Source of the DNA: Escherichia phage MRostami-2023b
DNA length: 64,000 nucleotides
Sequence record: OQ031492
Direction: 5' to 3' (one strand)
Below, in pieces: positions 29,916 to 39,667 of the stretch. The position numbers and the translations under genes are program-made. Each line of letters opens with the position of its first letter. The stretch's first letter is position 1. The notes below the pieces were generated by a model. It was given only the letters and a program-made list of their open reading frames with translations, made no database searches and was not told the origin of the DNA.

Positions 29916-31024
29916 TTACCAAGCCCTCGTTTCACAGCAGCTACCATCCCGTCTTCCAGAGATTGAACTTCATTAATATAATCAACACGAGCAGCACGGG
30001 CTTCCGTATTGATGCGGTTAGTTTCTTCCAACATCTTAACCAAGTTTTCCTGATCGTGACGCAGAGTTTCAATATCCAACACTTGACGGTTAGCCAGTGC
30101 TGCTGCTTCGATCTGATTCTGTGTGGCAAGATCGCTACCCAGTTTAATTGCCAGGTTAAATTCATCAAGAACGTTATTCTGCGTCTCTGCTGCTTTCATT
30201 TGACGTAAGCTCTCGATATACATTGAGAAGTTAGCAGAGTAAGCAGGAATAACATTATTTACTATGTTACGCGCAGATCGCATTAAGCTTGCAGAAACTT
30301 TTTGCATACCTTGTACACGCGGTCCCATTTGGACACACAGTAGGCGCAATGCTTTTAAATCTGCAATACGAATCTCCAGAAGATCCAAAGTATCTCGGAT
30401 CACTTGTCGCTGTTCTACTGCATCTTCTGGAAGAGCAGCCAAAGCTTGTTCTTCTTTTTCATAGGTTGCTGTTAGAAGCTGCATATCTCGGTTCAAACTT
30501 GCAGCATATTGTCCAATAGCTTGATGTAGCTTTTCAAGATATACCAAGGAATCTTCTTCTTTGCGAATATCCATTTGAAGGTTCTTTACCAACTCTTCAA
30601 TACGGTTATTAACATTATCAAACTCCCCAAACAGATCTTCTTTCATACCCATAACTTTTTTAATGAGTTTAGTAATACCCTTGCTTTGTTTAATAGAGTT
30701 TGGATCAAGTTGTTTTGCCTGTTTAATCAAAGCTGTGAGTCGTTCACTCATCTGATCGCCTTGATTACTACGTTGATGTTTTAATACCTCGGCATTCAAG
30801 GAACGCAAGGTTGTTCCTGCCTCTGCCCCAATCTCTTCAATCTCTTGTCGGGTCATAGAAGGCAAAACTGGAACTTCTTGCGGTGCCGCTGGTGCATAAA
30901 CAGGACTGGCATCTAACACGCTTGGAGCGAATACAGATTTACTTGCATCGGTTGTTGCAGCAAATACGCTCATTTCAGGCTTCTTCTGACCACCAGTAGC
31001 TGCTTTTAAAAATGGACTTGTCAT
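29912..31024 (-). CDS. TelA-like (toxic anion resistance / KlaA family) protein
   Basis: 370 aa, alpha-helical composition; size and Ter-gene context; by-eye only. Confidence 0.4.
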   Translation of the reverse strand: MTSPFLKAATGGQKKPEMSVFAATTDASKSVFAPSVLDASPVYAPAAPQEVPVLPSMTRQEIEEIGAEAGTTLRSLNAEVLKHQRSNQGDQMSERLTALIKQAKQLDPNSIKQSKGITKLIKKVMGMKEDLFGEFDNVNNRIEELVKNLQMDIRKEEDSLVYLEKLHQAIGQYAASLNRDMQLLTATYEKEEQALAALPEDAVEQRQVIRDTLDLLEIRIADLKALRLLCVQMGPRVQGMQKVSASLMRSARNIVNNVIPAYSANFSMYIESLRQMKAAETQNNVLDEFNLAIKLGSDLATQNQIEAAALANRQVLDIETLRHDQENLVKMLEETNRINTEARAARVDYINEVQSLEDGMVAAVKRGLGK

Positions 31025-31611
31025 TCTTCATTCTCCTCTTCTGCATCTCTTATATATGGTGAAACACCGTACTCTTTAGCTACTTTAACCCAATCGTCCC
31101 ATTTATACAACCATAATTTTCCTTCGGTCCCTTCTTTATCTGATTTCAACCACATATTAGGTTGCTTACCTGGGTGCATGCGATTAGGTTTACGATTATA
31201 ACCTCTAACACATCTTGTCGCAAACCTATCTACCAGAACAAGAACATATTTATATTCGTGGTTCAACGGCTCTTTGGAAGTGGCTTTAGGATTAGCCCCT
31301 AATTCTGCTGCCAGTTTTTGCCAATGAGCACCGTGCCTACTAAACTTACCCATACAACCATCAATAGCATGAGCAATTTCGTGCTTCATTGTATCCACGA
31401 TCATATCTCTTGTGGAGTTCTTATGCAAGTGCCAATTTACAACAACAATTTTATCTCGGTAGTTGCACCAACCGAAAGAGTTATTCACTTTGTTTCTAAC
31501 ACAAGCTTTATATCCTGCTTCACGTAACATGTTGTAGTAAACAGGAAAATCTTCTTTTATTTCCTGCATCACTTCCCACCACAAGAGTTGCAAGTCTCTC
31601 TCGGTATACAT
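31021..31611 (-). CDS. SprT-like zinc metalloprotease domain protein
   Basis: HEIAHAI (HExxH) followed by SRHGAHWQKLAAELG as in SprT-like domains. Confidence 0.55.
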   Translation of the reverse strand: MYTERDLQLLWWEVMQEIKEDFPVYYNMLREAGYKACVRNKVNNSFGWCNYRDKIVVVNWHLHKNSTRDMIVDTMKHEIAHAIDGCMGKFSRHGAHWQKLAAELGANPKATSKEPLNHEYKYVLVLVDRFATRCVRGYNRKPNRMHPGKQPNMWLKSDKEGTEGKLWLYKWDDWVKVAKEYGVSPYIRDAEEENEE

Positions 31612-31614
31612 AAC

Positions 31615-32208
31615 TTACACCTTAAAAGTGAAATGCGTGGTCGTGGCTTCAAAATCAGGGCCAGATAAACGTGCACTGAAATCTGAAATATTTGTAATTA
31701 AAAAGCTTTTATGCATACCTAACACAGCCACGCTTTCAATATCTTCTACTAACATTTCAATCATGTTAGAAACATGGCTGAACGTAGAGTTTTGTTTTTT
31801 GATGGTGTAGAAAGAAAGATTCCCACCTGCTGTATAAGATACCTCTTCAAAATCTTTAATCGTATATTGTGTACCATCAGTAAAGAAAATGGTAGCTTTA
31901 TTAGTAGCACGTTTCTTGTTTTTTGGTCCTTTTTTACGTTTACTGCGAGTAGGCAAACCGTTTGGGAACACCGTAGCTACAAATTCTTCAGGGGAAACCT
32001 CCTTACCGAAATCATAATCGTAAGAAACAGCGTCTATACACTCGTCGTCTTCATTTTTAAAATAATGAAAATAGGGCCAATTTGAGAGATTATCGAGCAT
32101 CTTATGCGCATCCACAACAGAGAACGTATCCCTCAAAGCACGTGTGATTTGCAAAGCATTAGGCAAACTTTTAACACCTGTAATGGAAGTACGAATAGAA
32201 ATTGTCAT
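31615..32208 (-). CDS. Hypothetical protein
   Basis: 197 aa ORF. Confidence 0.4.
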   Translation of the reverse strand: MTISIRTSITGVKSLPNALQITRALRDTFSVVDAHKMLDNLSNWPYFHYFKNEDDECIDAVSYDYDFGKEVSPEEFVATVFPNGLPTRSKRKKGPKNKKRATNKATIFFTDGTQYTIKDFEEVSYTAGGNLSFYTIKKQNSTFSHVSNMIEMLVEDIESVAVLGMHKSFLITNISDFSARLSGPDFEATTTHFTFKV

Positions 32209-32222
32209 TGTTTTTCTCCTTA

Positions 32223-32660
32223 TTAACGTCGCTTGCTACGAGATGAACTCTTTTTACTTAAAGGGCTATTGTAAGATTTACGAGTTGTATAGCTACTATT
32301 TGTTTTAAAAGTTTGTCTCGGCTTTTCATAAGTTTTTATCTCTTGTTTAGGCTTACCATAAAAATTAGTTTTCGGTTTAGGTGTATTATAATGCTTATTA
32401 ATAATCGTTCTGTTATCGTTATAATCCCCACTGCTACGATTACTACCACCACTCATCATATGCCCTAACAACATACCTGTAGCAAACTCACCAACACCGC
32501 TACTACTAGAACCGCCACCATTGTTGATAATAGTTGTATCTCCGTCAGATCCTTGTTGAGCGTATTGTTGAGGAGGTTGTTGGTATTGTGCAGGATTTGT
32601 TTCATCCTCGCAAGCTGTTAAAAAGATACAACCAATTAAAATCAGGGCTAGTTTTTTCAT
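32223..32660 (-). CDS. Lipoprotein
   Basis: Start at MKKLALILIGCIFLTAC (lipobox LTAC) after RBS aggaaa; Gly/Ser-rich. Confidence 0.5.
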   Translation of the reverse strand: MKKLALILIGCIFLTACEDETNPAQYQQPPQQYAQQGSDGDTTIINNGGGSSSSGVGEFATGMLLGHMMSGGSNRSSGDYNDNRTIINKHYNTPKPKTNFYGKPKQEIKTYEKPRQTFKTNSSYTTRKSYNSPLSKKSSSRSKRR

Positions 32661-32847
32661 ATTTGCTTTCCTCATTTTGACTATTAATACATCTGTGTTT
32701 GAAATCTCCAGAGAAGCAATAAAGTTGCTCTCCATCTCGGTATAAACTCACTTTACTGCCGTTGATTACGCTTGTCAATACAAAAATTACAACAAACAAC
32801 CCTATTGCAAAACAAATATTTTCAAACACAACCAACAAGTATTTCAT
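32602..32847 (-). CDS. Putative small membrane protein (overlaps lipoprotein start)
   Basis: 81 aa, hydrophobic segment, RBS gaggt. Confidence 0.3.
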   Translation of the reverse strand: MKYLLVVFENICFAIGLFVVIFVLTSVINGSKVSLYRDGEQLYCFSGDFKHRCINSQNEESKYEKTSPDFNWLYLFNSLRG

Positions 32848-33194
32848 TTTAAAAATACCTCATCATCAGTCTCATTATCCCAGAAGAACAAATCCCAACC
32901 ATTCGGATCATTCCATTTGGCTGCTGGAGAAGTCCATATTTGTTCGATATCAATATTCAAAACTTCACCGTTTCGTTTTGAAACAGCTTTAGTTAATTCC
33001 CAACGAGATACAGGCTCTACTTCCCCTGAACCACTCCCACAACAAGCTACCACGTTAGGAGGCAAATTAATTGGATCTTTGGTCACGATCATAACGCTTA
33101 CCCCAGGGTAAACTTTTGAAAGATAATCTAAAACGTAATCCACATCACCAGATAAATCCCAAACAAGTTCTTGAATTTCATCAAAATTATTCAT
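32844..33194 (-). CDS. Hypothetical acidic protein
   Basis: 116 aa ORF. Confidence 0.4.
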   Translation of the reverse strand: MNNFDEIQELVWDLSGDVDYVLDYLSKVYPGVSVMIVTKDPINLPPNVVACCGSGSGEVEPVSRWELTKAVSKRNGEVLNIDIEQIWTSPAAKWNDPNGWDLFFWDNETDDEVFLK

Positions 33195-33212
33195 AAGTCT
33201 CTCCTATAAAAT

Positions 33213-33230
33213 AGCCTCCCGAAGGAGGCT
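33213..33230 (-). terminator. Hairpin (terminator-like) after TerC
   Basis: agcctcc-cgaa-ggaggct; U-rich on minus strand. Confidence 0.45.
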
Positions 33231-33236
33231 CATCTA

Positions 33237-34211
33237 TTAAACAGCAGCTTCTTCTTTTTCAGGGAAGATAAAGCTTGCAATAACACCAAGAGCTAATGTG
33301 CCTAGAACAATCATCAGGCTTACGTTAGGGGAAATATCATGCGGGAGGAATGACCACTTGGCATGAAGTGTTTCACCGAACGGGTGATACATAAGTTTAG
33401 CACCAACAAACACCAGAACCACAGCAACAGCTTTCTCTAAGTGAACCAGATATTTCACAGCTACACTTAACACAAAGAAAAGTGCACGTAAACCAAGAAC
33501 AGCCATCAGCATTGCAGAATAAACTAGCAGAGGTTCTTGTGTCACACCGATCACAGCCGGAACTGAATCAAAAGAGAAGACAATATCTGTAAGCTCAATA
33601 ACAAACACACAAAGAATAGCAGGAGTTGCATATTTAATACCATTCTTAATGGTGATGAACTTTTCACCATCCAGTGCATTGTGCACAGGCAGAACTTTAC
33701 CTACTAAACGAACAGCCCAATGCTTAGAGTAATCAATATCCTCTTCTTCGTCACCACCTTTGATGATAGCCACGGCAGACCAAGCTACAATCAAACCGAA
33801 CAACACTTGGACCGACCAATGAAGGTTAAACAAAGCGGTCCCTGCTGCAACAAAAATACCTCGGAAGACAATGGCTCCTGCAATCCCCCAAAGTAAAATC
33901 TTATGTTGGAGATGTGTGCTCTTAATTCCAAAGCTTGCAAAAATTGCCATGAACACCATCAGGTTATCTACAGAAAGACTCTTTTCCAACACATAGCCAC
34001 TTAGGAAAAGCGCGGCAAACTCTTTACCATGTTCTACCCAAATGAATGCGTAATATCCTAAAGCTAAAGCAATCCAAAAAACAGACCAAAGCAAAGCAGA
34101 TTTAATTCCAATTTCTTTATTCTCTTTGTGACCAAAGAAATCAATACCAATAGACAATGCTAAAATACCAACTAAAACAACTACATCAATAATTGGGAAA
34201 CCAAGTTGCAT
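33237..34211 (-). CDS. TerC-family integral membrane protein
   Basis: 324 aa multi-TM protein with EKSLSVDN signature typical of TerC/Alx family. Confidence 0.7.
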   Translation of the reverse strand: MQLGFPIIDVVVLVGILALSIGIDFFGHKENKEIGIKSALLWSVFWIALALGYYAFIWVEHGKEFAALFLSGYVLEKSLSVDNLMVFMAIFASFGIKSTHLQHKILLWGIAGAIVFRGIFVAAGTALFNLHWSVQVLFGLIVAWSAVAIIKGGDEEEDIDYSKHWAVRLVGKVLPVHNALDGEKFITIKNGIKYATPAILCVFVIELTDIVFSFDSVPAVIGVTQEPLLVYSAMLMAVLGLRALFFVLSVAVKYLVHLEKAVAVVLVFVGAKLMYHPFGETLHAKWSFLPHDISPNVSLMIVLGTLALGVIASFIFPEKEEAAV

Positions 34212-34228
34212 TCTTTTCTCCTCTCTTT

Positions 34229-34288
34229 GCGGGGAACTATTCCCCGCTTCATGTGATATATCTTACTCTTTTTAAGAACTATGTCAAC
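34229..34288 (-). promoter_or_regulatory. Promoter plus leader hairpin of the same class as the 55.8-62.4 kb array, upstream of TerC
   Basis: Minus strand reads TTGACA-N17-TAAGAT-atatcac-…GCGGGGAAtagTTCCCCGC then RBS and ATG. Confidence 0.5.
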
Positions 34289-34290
34289 AC

Positions 34291-34512
34291 TTATTTTGTT
34301 GAATGAGAGGAAAAGATTCCTCGTAATACAGCCAGAATAAACGAAACACAAACCACGGTCCAGAAGGTTACTGGGACAGTGATATCTGCATGACCCATAA
34401 CTTCAGCAACATAGTTGTAAGCCAGCAACAGTAACCAAGCTGGAATCAAACTAAGCATAAAAGCAATAACAAAAAAGCTTACCACTGCAACAATACCTGC
34501 AAAAACACCCAT
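34291..34512 (-). CDS. Small membrane protein
   Basis: 73 aa, two hydrophobic helices. Confidence 0.4.
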   Translation of the reverse strand: MGVFAGIVAVVSFFVIAFMLSLIPAWLLLLAYNYVAEVMGHADITVPVTFWTVVCVSFILAVLRGIFSSHSTK

Positions 34513-34524
34513 ACTAATCTCCTC

Positions 34525-34998
34525 TTAAAGTTTATAAATAGTCACATCGTGACCTGTTTTTACTAAAGTTTCTTCAATCATCACTTGGATGATAGCCCAA
34601 TTACCTCCAGCATATCCAGCGCCAATCATAGGTAAGCCGATCTTACATTTTTGGTCACGGAGAAGCAAATCGTTAGCCATAGCTATTAGTGCATCGTAAA
34701 GTGCATCATAGTCCAACTGACGACCTTTAGCATTGTATCCGTAACGGTATTGCCCGTATAGATTATATACCAAAGGGTCTGATTGTTCGTCTGGCACCCC
34801 TAAACTAAAACAACCTAGTTTACTTTGATCACCAGCCATTGTGTCTAAGTCTGCTGCATATGCGTAAGGAAATGCTTGTTTGATTTGTGGGGCAATACCT
34901 GCCCCCATATTACACATACAGTTGCAACAATGAGCAATAACAGTTACTTCACCTGCTTTAGCGGCATCAATAAGATTACCTGTTTTCATTTTAAGCAT
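34525..34998 (-). CDS. Macro-domain (ADP-ribose binding/processing) protein
   Basis: Start set at MLKMKTG after RBS; VIAHCCNCMCNMGAGIA…LPMIGAGYAGGNW pattern. Confidence 0.55.
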   Translation of the reverse strand: MLKMKTGNLIDAAKAGEVTVIAHCCNCMCNMGAGIAPQIKQAFPYAYAADLDTMAGDQSKLGCFSLGVPDEQSDPLVYNLYGQYRYGYNAKGRQLDYDALYDALIAMANDLLLRDQKCKIGLPMIGAGYAGGNWAIIQVMIEETLVKTGHDVTIYKL

Positions 34999-35011
34999 TT
35001 TTAGCTCCTTA

Positions 35012-35839
35012 TTACAGAATGTGTTGTTTTGTGTAACGATCCAAGAATTCAAAGTTTTCAGCATACTTTGAAATTCGGTTGTAACCTTCTCCCAAGCATC
35101 CAAAGAAAAGTTGCTCTACATAGTAATGTGGCAATTGGCTAAGAATGATTTTGAAGTCTTCATGATTTTGGCCCATAAGATACTTAATAGGACGAACAAG
35201 ACACTGTGCATCACGTTCTTCATTAATCATTTTAACAAACGCTTCTGGTGTATTAATGTAGTTAAAATTCAGTTTAGCTTCGGTATCTGCTTGATTACCT
35301 TCGTATTTTGCAAAATACAAGAAGTAAACATCATTTTTAACTTGATTTTCATCAAGGATCTCAATCAGTTTGTCTTCATGCGTTCCAGTGATATTTACAT
35401 CATCAATGAATACAAGCTTCTTATCACCCCAGAATTCTTTGTTGCAGTAGAATGTATCCCCATCAATAAGTTTCTTACGACTAGCTTTATCCAAGAAGCC
35501 ATAATCGTTAATATAGCTAACTTTACGATGAATAATATCCAGTTCTGCTGAACGACCTTGATCATATTGTGCTTGCAACATATTAAAGTAATTAATAAAA
35601 TGATCTGTCATCATTGTTGCAGCATTATGCACATGGTTGTAAGGAGAAGGAATGATAACAAATTGTTCCCCAATATGTTTCATTGCCACTTGAGCAAAAA
35701 ACTGAAGTGCCAATTCTTTACCCATACGACGCGCGGCTTGGTTACTACCAAATTTCAATTTTGAATAATCTTGGATATCAAAAGTAGCAGTTTCCAGGTC
35801 ATCAAATTTATTTGCAAAAATTTGAGTTTGATTACGCAT
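35012..35839 (-). CDS. Type I phosphoribosyltransferase-like protein
   Basis: PRPP-binding motif KLVFIDDVNITGTHE. Confidence 0.5.
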   Translation of the reverse strand: MRNQTQIFANKFDDLETATFDIQDYSKLKFGSNQAARRMGKELALQFFAQVAMKHIGEQFVIIPSPYNHVHNAATMMTDHFINYFNMLQAQYDQGRSAELDIIHRKVSYINDYGFLDKASRKKLIDGDTFYCNKEFWGDKKLVFIDDVNITGTHEDKLIEILDENQVKNDVYFLYFAKYEGNQADTEAKLNFNYINTPEAFVKMINEERDAQCLVRPIKYLMGQNHEDFKIILSQLPHYYVEQLFFGCLGEGYNRISKYAENFEFLDRYTKQHIL

Positions 35840-36488
35840 TTACAATTTCTCCTCTTTTAAGTTTCTCTAGTAAGTCGTTAGGGTTCTTAATATGACAGAA
35901 GTTAAATCCTAAGTCAACACATTTTCCATCATATTCTTCACTATCGCCTACGTGCAACACTTCGTGCCCTAACAGAGGGATCGGAGAATACGTGAGCGTG
36001 CGAGCAAAGAATCGCGGATCTGGTTTACAAAGTAAAGCTTCATCCGAGAAATGGGTGAACTCAAAACAATTCCAACTATCAAACTTACAAGCACGACGCA
36101 GGATATCCCCTGATATGAAGTTGGTATTGCTCTTAATACTCAAATCATAACGCCCCGAAAGATACAGCAAGTACATCGGTAGATCCACAGCTACATGAGG
36201 TGGAAACTTAAGGAACCATTGTTCACACTCGAAACGNNNNNNNNNNNNNNNNNNNNNNNNNNNNNNNNNNNNNNNNNNNNNNNNNNNNNNNNNNNNNNNN
36301 NNNNNNNNNNNNNNNNNNNNNNNNNNNNNNNNNNNNNNNNNNNNNNNNNNNNNNNNNNNNNNNNNNNNNNNNNNNNNNNNNNNNNNNNNNNNNNNNNNNN
36401 NNNNNNNNNNNNNNNNNNNNNNNNNNNNNNNNNNNTTTGCAGTGATCAGTGTGTTCCATACATCAAAAGAGATATGTTTAATAGTCAT
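35832..36488 (-). CDS. HAD-superfamily hydrolase-like protein (interior masked by N)
   Basis: N-terminal ISFDVWNTLI (motif I-like), later KPDP and GDS; 199 N inside. Confidence 0.4.
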   Translation of the reverse strand: MTIKHISFDVWNTLITAXXXXXXXXXXXXXXXXXXXXXXXXXXXXXXXXXXXXXXXXXXXXXXXXXXXXXXXXXXXXXXXXXXXRFECEQWFLKFPPHVAVDLPMYLLYLSGRYDLSIKSNTNFISGDILRRACKFDSWNCFEFTHFSDEALLCKPDPRFFARTLTYSPIPLLGHEVLHVGDSEEYDGKCVDLGFNFCHIKNPNDLLEKLKRGEIVNA

Positions 36489-36489
36489 A

Positions 36490-37095
36490 TTAAGCCCACC
36501 ATGCGTCTAAGTTAAGATTACTGTCCACTACCACTTGTTCTATGTGGTAGCCTTTTATCTGTATCCCACTGTTCAAGAGCATATCATACGCTTCATTGAA
36601 ACGCAACTTATCTTCTGCGGAATATAAGCGAGCATTATAAAATCGGTAATCAACTTCTTCAGCATTAGAAGAAATACGGAAGAAGTTTGTTTCTACTTCG
36701 GGATCACTTGCTGAAGTCTTAATGTGAACTTCTCCGTAATTTTCTTTACTTAGATCCATGAAAAGAACACAGGCAACATGTTTAAACATTCGTTCCAGTT
36801 TGTAACGAACAACATTGAAACCTGCATTCTCAAGTTTTTCTACACACTGCAACATTAAAGTAGTGTCGAGATCGCTTTGATATTTTGTTAACATACGATC
36901 ACGTTGAGACTTTGTATCCCGATGTAAATCAATTGTTGTGCATTTGGCACCAATAATCTTAGCTGCTTTCATCAACTCTCCAGAACTAACGTTAGATAAA
37001 GTAAGATGAAAATGGGCTTTCCACACTTTTTTAGCAGGGACACCAAAAGATTTATCCCCACTATTCGGCATGTTGACTACTACACTATGTTGCAT
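36490..37095 (-). CDS. Hypothetical protein (weak H-x-T-x motif)
   Basis: 201 aa; HFHLTL motif; weak. Confidence 0.35.
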   Translation of the reverse strand: MQHSVVVNMPNSGDKSFGVPAKKVWKAHFHLTLSNVSSGELMKAAKIIGAKCTTIDLHRDTKSQRDRMLTKYQSDLDTTLMLQCVEKLENAGFNVVRYKLERMFKHVACVLFMDLSKENYGEVHIKTSASDPEVETNFFRISSNAEEVDYRFYNARLYSAEDKLRFNEAYDMLLNSGIQIKGYHIEQVVVDSNLNLDAWWA

Positions 37096-37110
37096 TACTT
37101 ATCTCCTCAC

Positions 37111-37335
37111 TTAAAATGGAAGTCTTTGAAGTTCATCTCCTCCGATATCAAGTAATTTAGCAACATCTCGATCAGAAAGCAACTCTTTTCTTTGTAAAAT
37201 ATCCACAAGGGTTGCAAGAATGTCCTTAACGTCCCGATCACTGTTCTTCAAAAGTTCTCCTGCCGTCCCTACTCTATCTCCTACAGCAAAATATGTAACC
37301 ATGAAACCTCCTAAGTTAATCTGATTGCCAACCAC
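37111..37335 (-). CDS. Hypothetical small protein
   Basis: 74 aa ORF overlapping nrdG start. Confidence 0.3.
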   Translation of the reverse strand: MVGNQINLGGFMVTYFAVGDRVGTAGELLKNSDRDVKDILATLVDILQRKELLSDRDVAKLLDIGGDELQRLPF

Positions 37336-37786
37336 TTGCCGTTTTGGTCCATAATCTTTGATTATCTGACCCTCTGAAAGGTTTTGTAGTTGGATTGTTT
37401 ATTTCATACTTTCCGTCTACAATAATGTCAACAAGATTTTTAATATACAAAGGCACTTCCTCAAAAGTATATCCTGTATACACCATTATATCTTTGCTTG
37501 ACCCATAAACGTCTCTAACCTTTTCTATAAGGTTTTTAACATTGTAAATATTCTGCGGATCTAATGGCTCTCCTCCTAAAATTGTTAAACCTTTTACAAA
37601 CGGTCTTGACAAATCTTTTAAAACTTGCTCTACATTTTCGTGAGTAAACGGTTTCCCATAAGAATAAGACCAGGCTTTTTGGTTAAAACAGCCACGACAA
37701 CCGTGGCTACAACCACTAACCCAGAGGGAGCACCTAACTCCCTCACCATTAATAAGATCTACAGGTTCGTATCCTGCAAAATTCAA
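37316..37786 (-). CDS. nrdG: Anaerobic ribonucleotide reductase activating protein (radical SAM)
   Basis: CSHGCRGCFN (CxxxCxxC) motif; overlaps nrdD stop. Confidence 0.8.
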   Translation of the reverse strand: MNFAGYEPVDLINGEGVRCSLWVSGCSHGCRGCFNQKAWSYSYGKPFTHENVEQVLKDLSRPFVKGLTILGGEPLDPQNIYNVKNLIEKVRDVYGSSKDIMVYTGYTFEEVPLYIKNLVDIIVDGKYEINNPTTKPFRGSDNQRLWTKTASGWQSD

Positions 37787-39597
37787 AAATGTTTCTCCCT
37801 TTGCAAAACTTCCTGCATTTTACCTTTGTTATAAGGCCGTGAATTAGGGGCAGAAAGATACCCTGATACACGTCTAACTACAGAAATAGTTTCTTCTTCA
37901 TGGTTGCCACAATCAGGACACTCAAACCCTTTAGCCGTTGCCTTAAATTCCCCATGAAAACCACACTTAAAGCATTGATCCACGGGCTGATTAATACCAA
38001 AATAGTGAATATGTTCATAAGCGTAGTCTACTAAAGTCTCCAAAGCTTCTAAGTTATTCTTTAAGTTTGGTGTTTCGACATAACTTATGTTACCACCATT
38101 ACTAATCTGTGCAAAACCTGCTTCATAATCCCATTTTTCAAAAGGGTTTGTTACCAACCACACAGGTTGATGAAAAGAGTTAGTAAGATAGTCTCTTTCT
38201 ACCAAACCTGGGTATTTTTCATTTAAAGCTGTTGCAAACTTATAGCACAAAGATTCTGCTGGAGTTCCATAGAGACTAAACGCCAAATTAGATCGTTCTT
38301 TAAACACAGCACACACATCTTTCATATGTTGCAGAATGTTTTTACCAAGTTCCTTTTTATCTTTTTCTTCTGGATAAAGGATTTCCAAAGCTTCGGCAAG
38401 ACCTACATAACCAATACTAATAGAAGCATAACCACCTTCAAACAAAACACCAATTTCATCGTTGGCATTTAAACGCGCTAAAGCCCCTTCCATGAAAAGA
38501 ATAGGGTTTTCAGATGCTTTGGTATGTCTGATACGGTTTACACGTAGCATGTGAGCATCGTAGGCTATCTCCATATGTTTATTAAGAAGATCGGTGAAAG
38601 ATTCTCCTTTACTTCTCGCTTCCGCAGCGATCAGAGGTAAGTTGATAGAAACTACTCCAAGGTTGAATCGTCCATCGTATTTTTCTCCTTGTTCTGTGAC
38701 ATAGTACGACAAAAAGGAACGACAACCCATACTCGTAACAGTGCCATCTGCTGATCCCGTAACTTCTTTGTTCAAAGGAACAGAAATAAAATCTGGATAA
38801 ATACGATCAGCACAACATGCCAAAGCTTGTTGCTTAAGGTCATAGTTAGGATCACTAGGTTTCATGTTAACACCTTCTTGTAAAAAGAAAATAACTTTAG
38901 GGAATACAGGCGTTACATGATCTTTGCCTAGACCATTACTATGCACTTTAAGATAGTTAGCTGTGATCATTCTGCCAAAAACAGAGGTATCCAGACCCAT
39001 ACTGATTGTAATAAAAGGAGATTGTCCATTAACACTCATTAAAGTATTAACCTGATACAAGAGAGTTTGCATAGCATCATATACATCTTGTTCGGTCATT
39101 TTTAGGGCTTCTTTCCTTGCATAACAACCGTAGCGACGTTTGGTTATCTCCATGTTTTTAAGGAAACTAGCTTCAACATAAGGACTAAGACCTTTATCAA
39201 TGTGCGCACACGTCTGACCTCCATACTGACTGGAGGCAACAGCTTGGATGATTTGAGTTAGCACTGTGGTAGCTACTCCAATAGATTTTGGTTTTTCTAT
39301 CTGTGCGGCACCGATTTTAAAACCATTTTCTAACATATCTTGATAATTAACAAGACAACAGTTTGTAAGAGGAGAGAGCAGATAATCCAAGTCGTGAATA
39401 TGTCCAAAACCTTCTGTATGCCACTCTGACAAGTTTTTTGGCAGTATCTGTGTCATTGCCATATGTTTGCTTAAAATCCCCGCCAAGAGATCCCTATGCG
39501 TGTTAACGAGGTGGGAAGGTTTGTTTGCATTCTCTCTAGTGTATGTTTCTGAAGTACGATCTAAAAAAGAAAAAACATCTTGGTACAAATCTTTCAT
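37783..39597 (-). CDS. nrdD: Anaerobic ribonucleoside-triphosphate reductase
   Basis: 604 aa; C-terminal Zn ribbon CFKCG…CPDCG and glycyl-radical motif RRVSGYL. Confidence 0.9.
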   Translation of the reverse strand: MKDLYQDVFSFLDRTSETYTRENANKPSHLVNTHRDLLAGILSKHMAMTQILPKNLSEWHTEGFGHIHDLDYLLSPLTNCCLVNYQDMLENGFKIGAAQIEKPKSIGVATTVLTQIIQAVASSQYGGQTCAHIDKGLSPYVEASFLKNMEITKRRYGCYARKEALKMTEQDVYDAMQTLLYQVNTLMSVNGQSPFITISMGLDTSVFGRMITANYLKVHSNGLGKDHVTPVFPKVIFFLQEGVNMKPSDPNYDLKQQALACCADRIYPDFISVPLNKEVTGSADGTVTSMGCRSFLSYYVTEQGEKYDGRFNLGVVSINLPLIAAEARSKGESFTDLLNKHMEIAYDAHMLRVNRIRHTKASENPILFMEGALARLNANDEIGVLFEGGYASISIGYVGLAEALEILYPEEKDKKELGKNILQHMKDVCAVFKERSNLAFSLYGTPAESLCYKFATALNEKYPGLVERDYLTNSFHQPVWLVTNPFEKWDYEAGFAQISNGGNISYVETPNLKNNLEALETLVDYAYEHIHYFGINQPVDQCFKCGFHGEFKATAKGFECPDCGNHEEETISVVRRVSGYLSAPNSRPYNKGKMQEVLQREKHF

Positions 39598-39667
39598 TAT
39601 TAATCCTTATTTTGTGAGTAGAACTATTATTCTACCTCTTCCAACCGAAAAAAGCTTTGAGGAAAAT

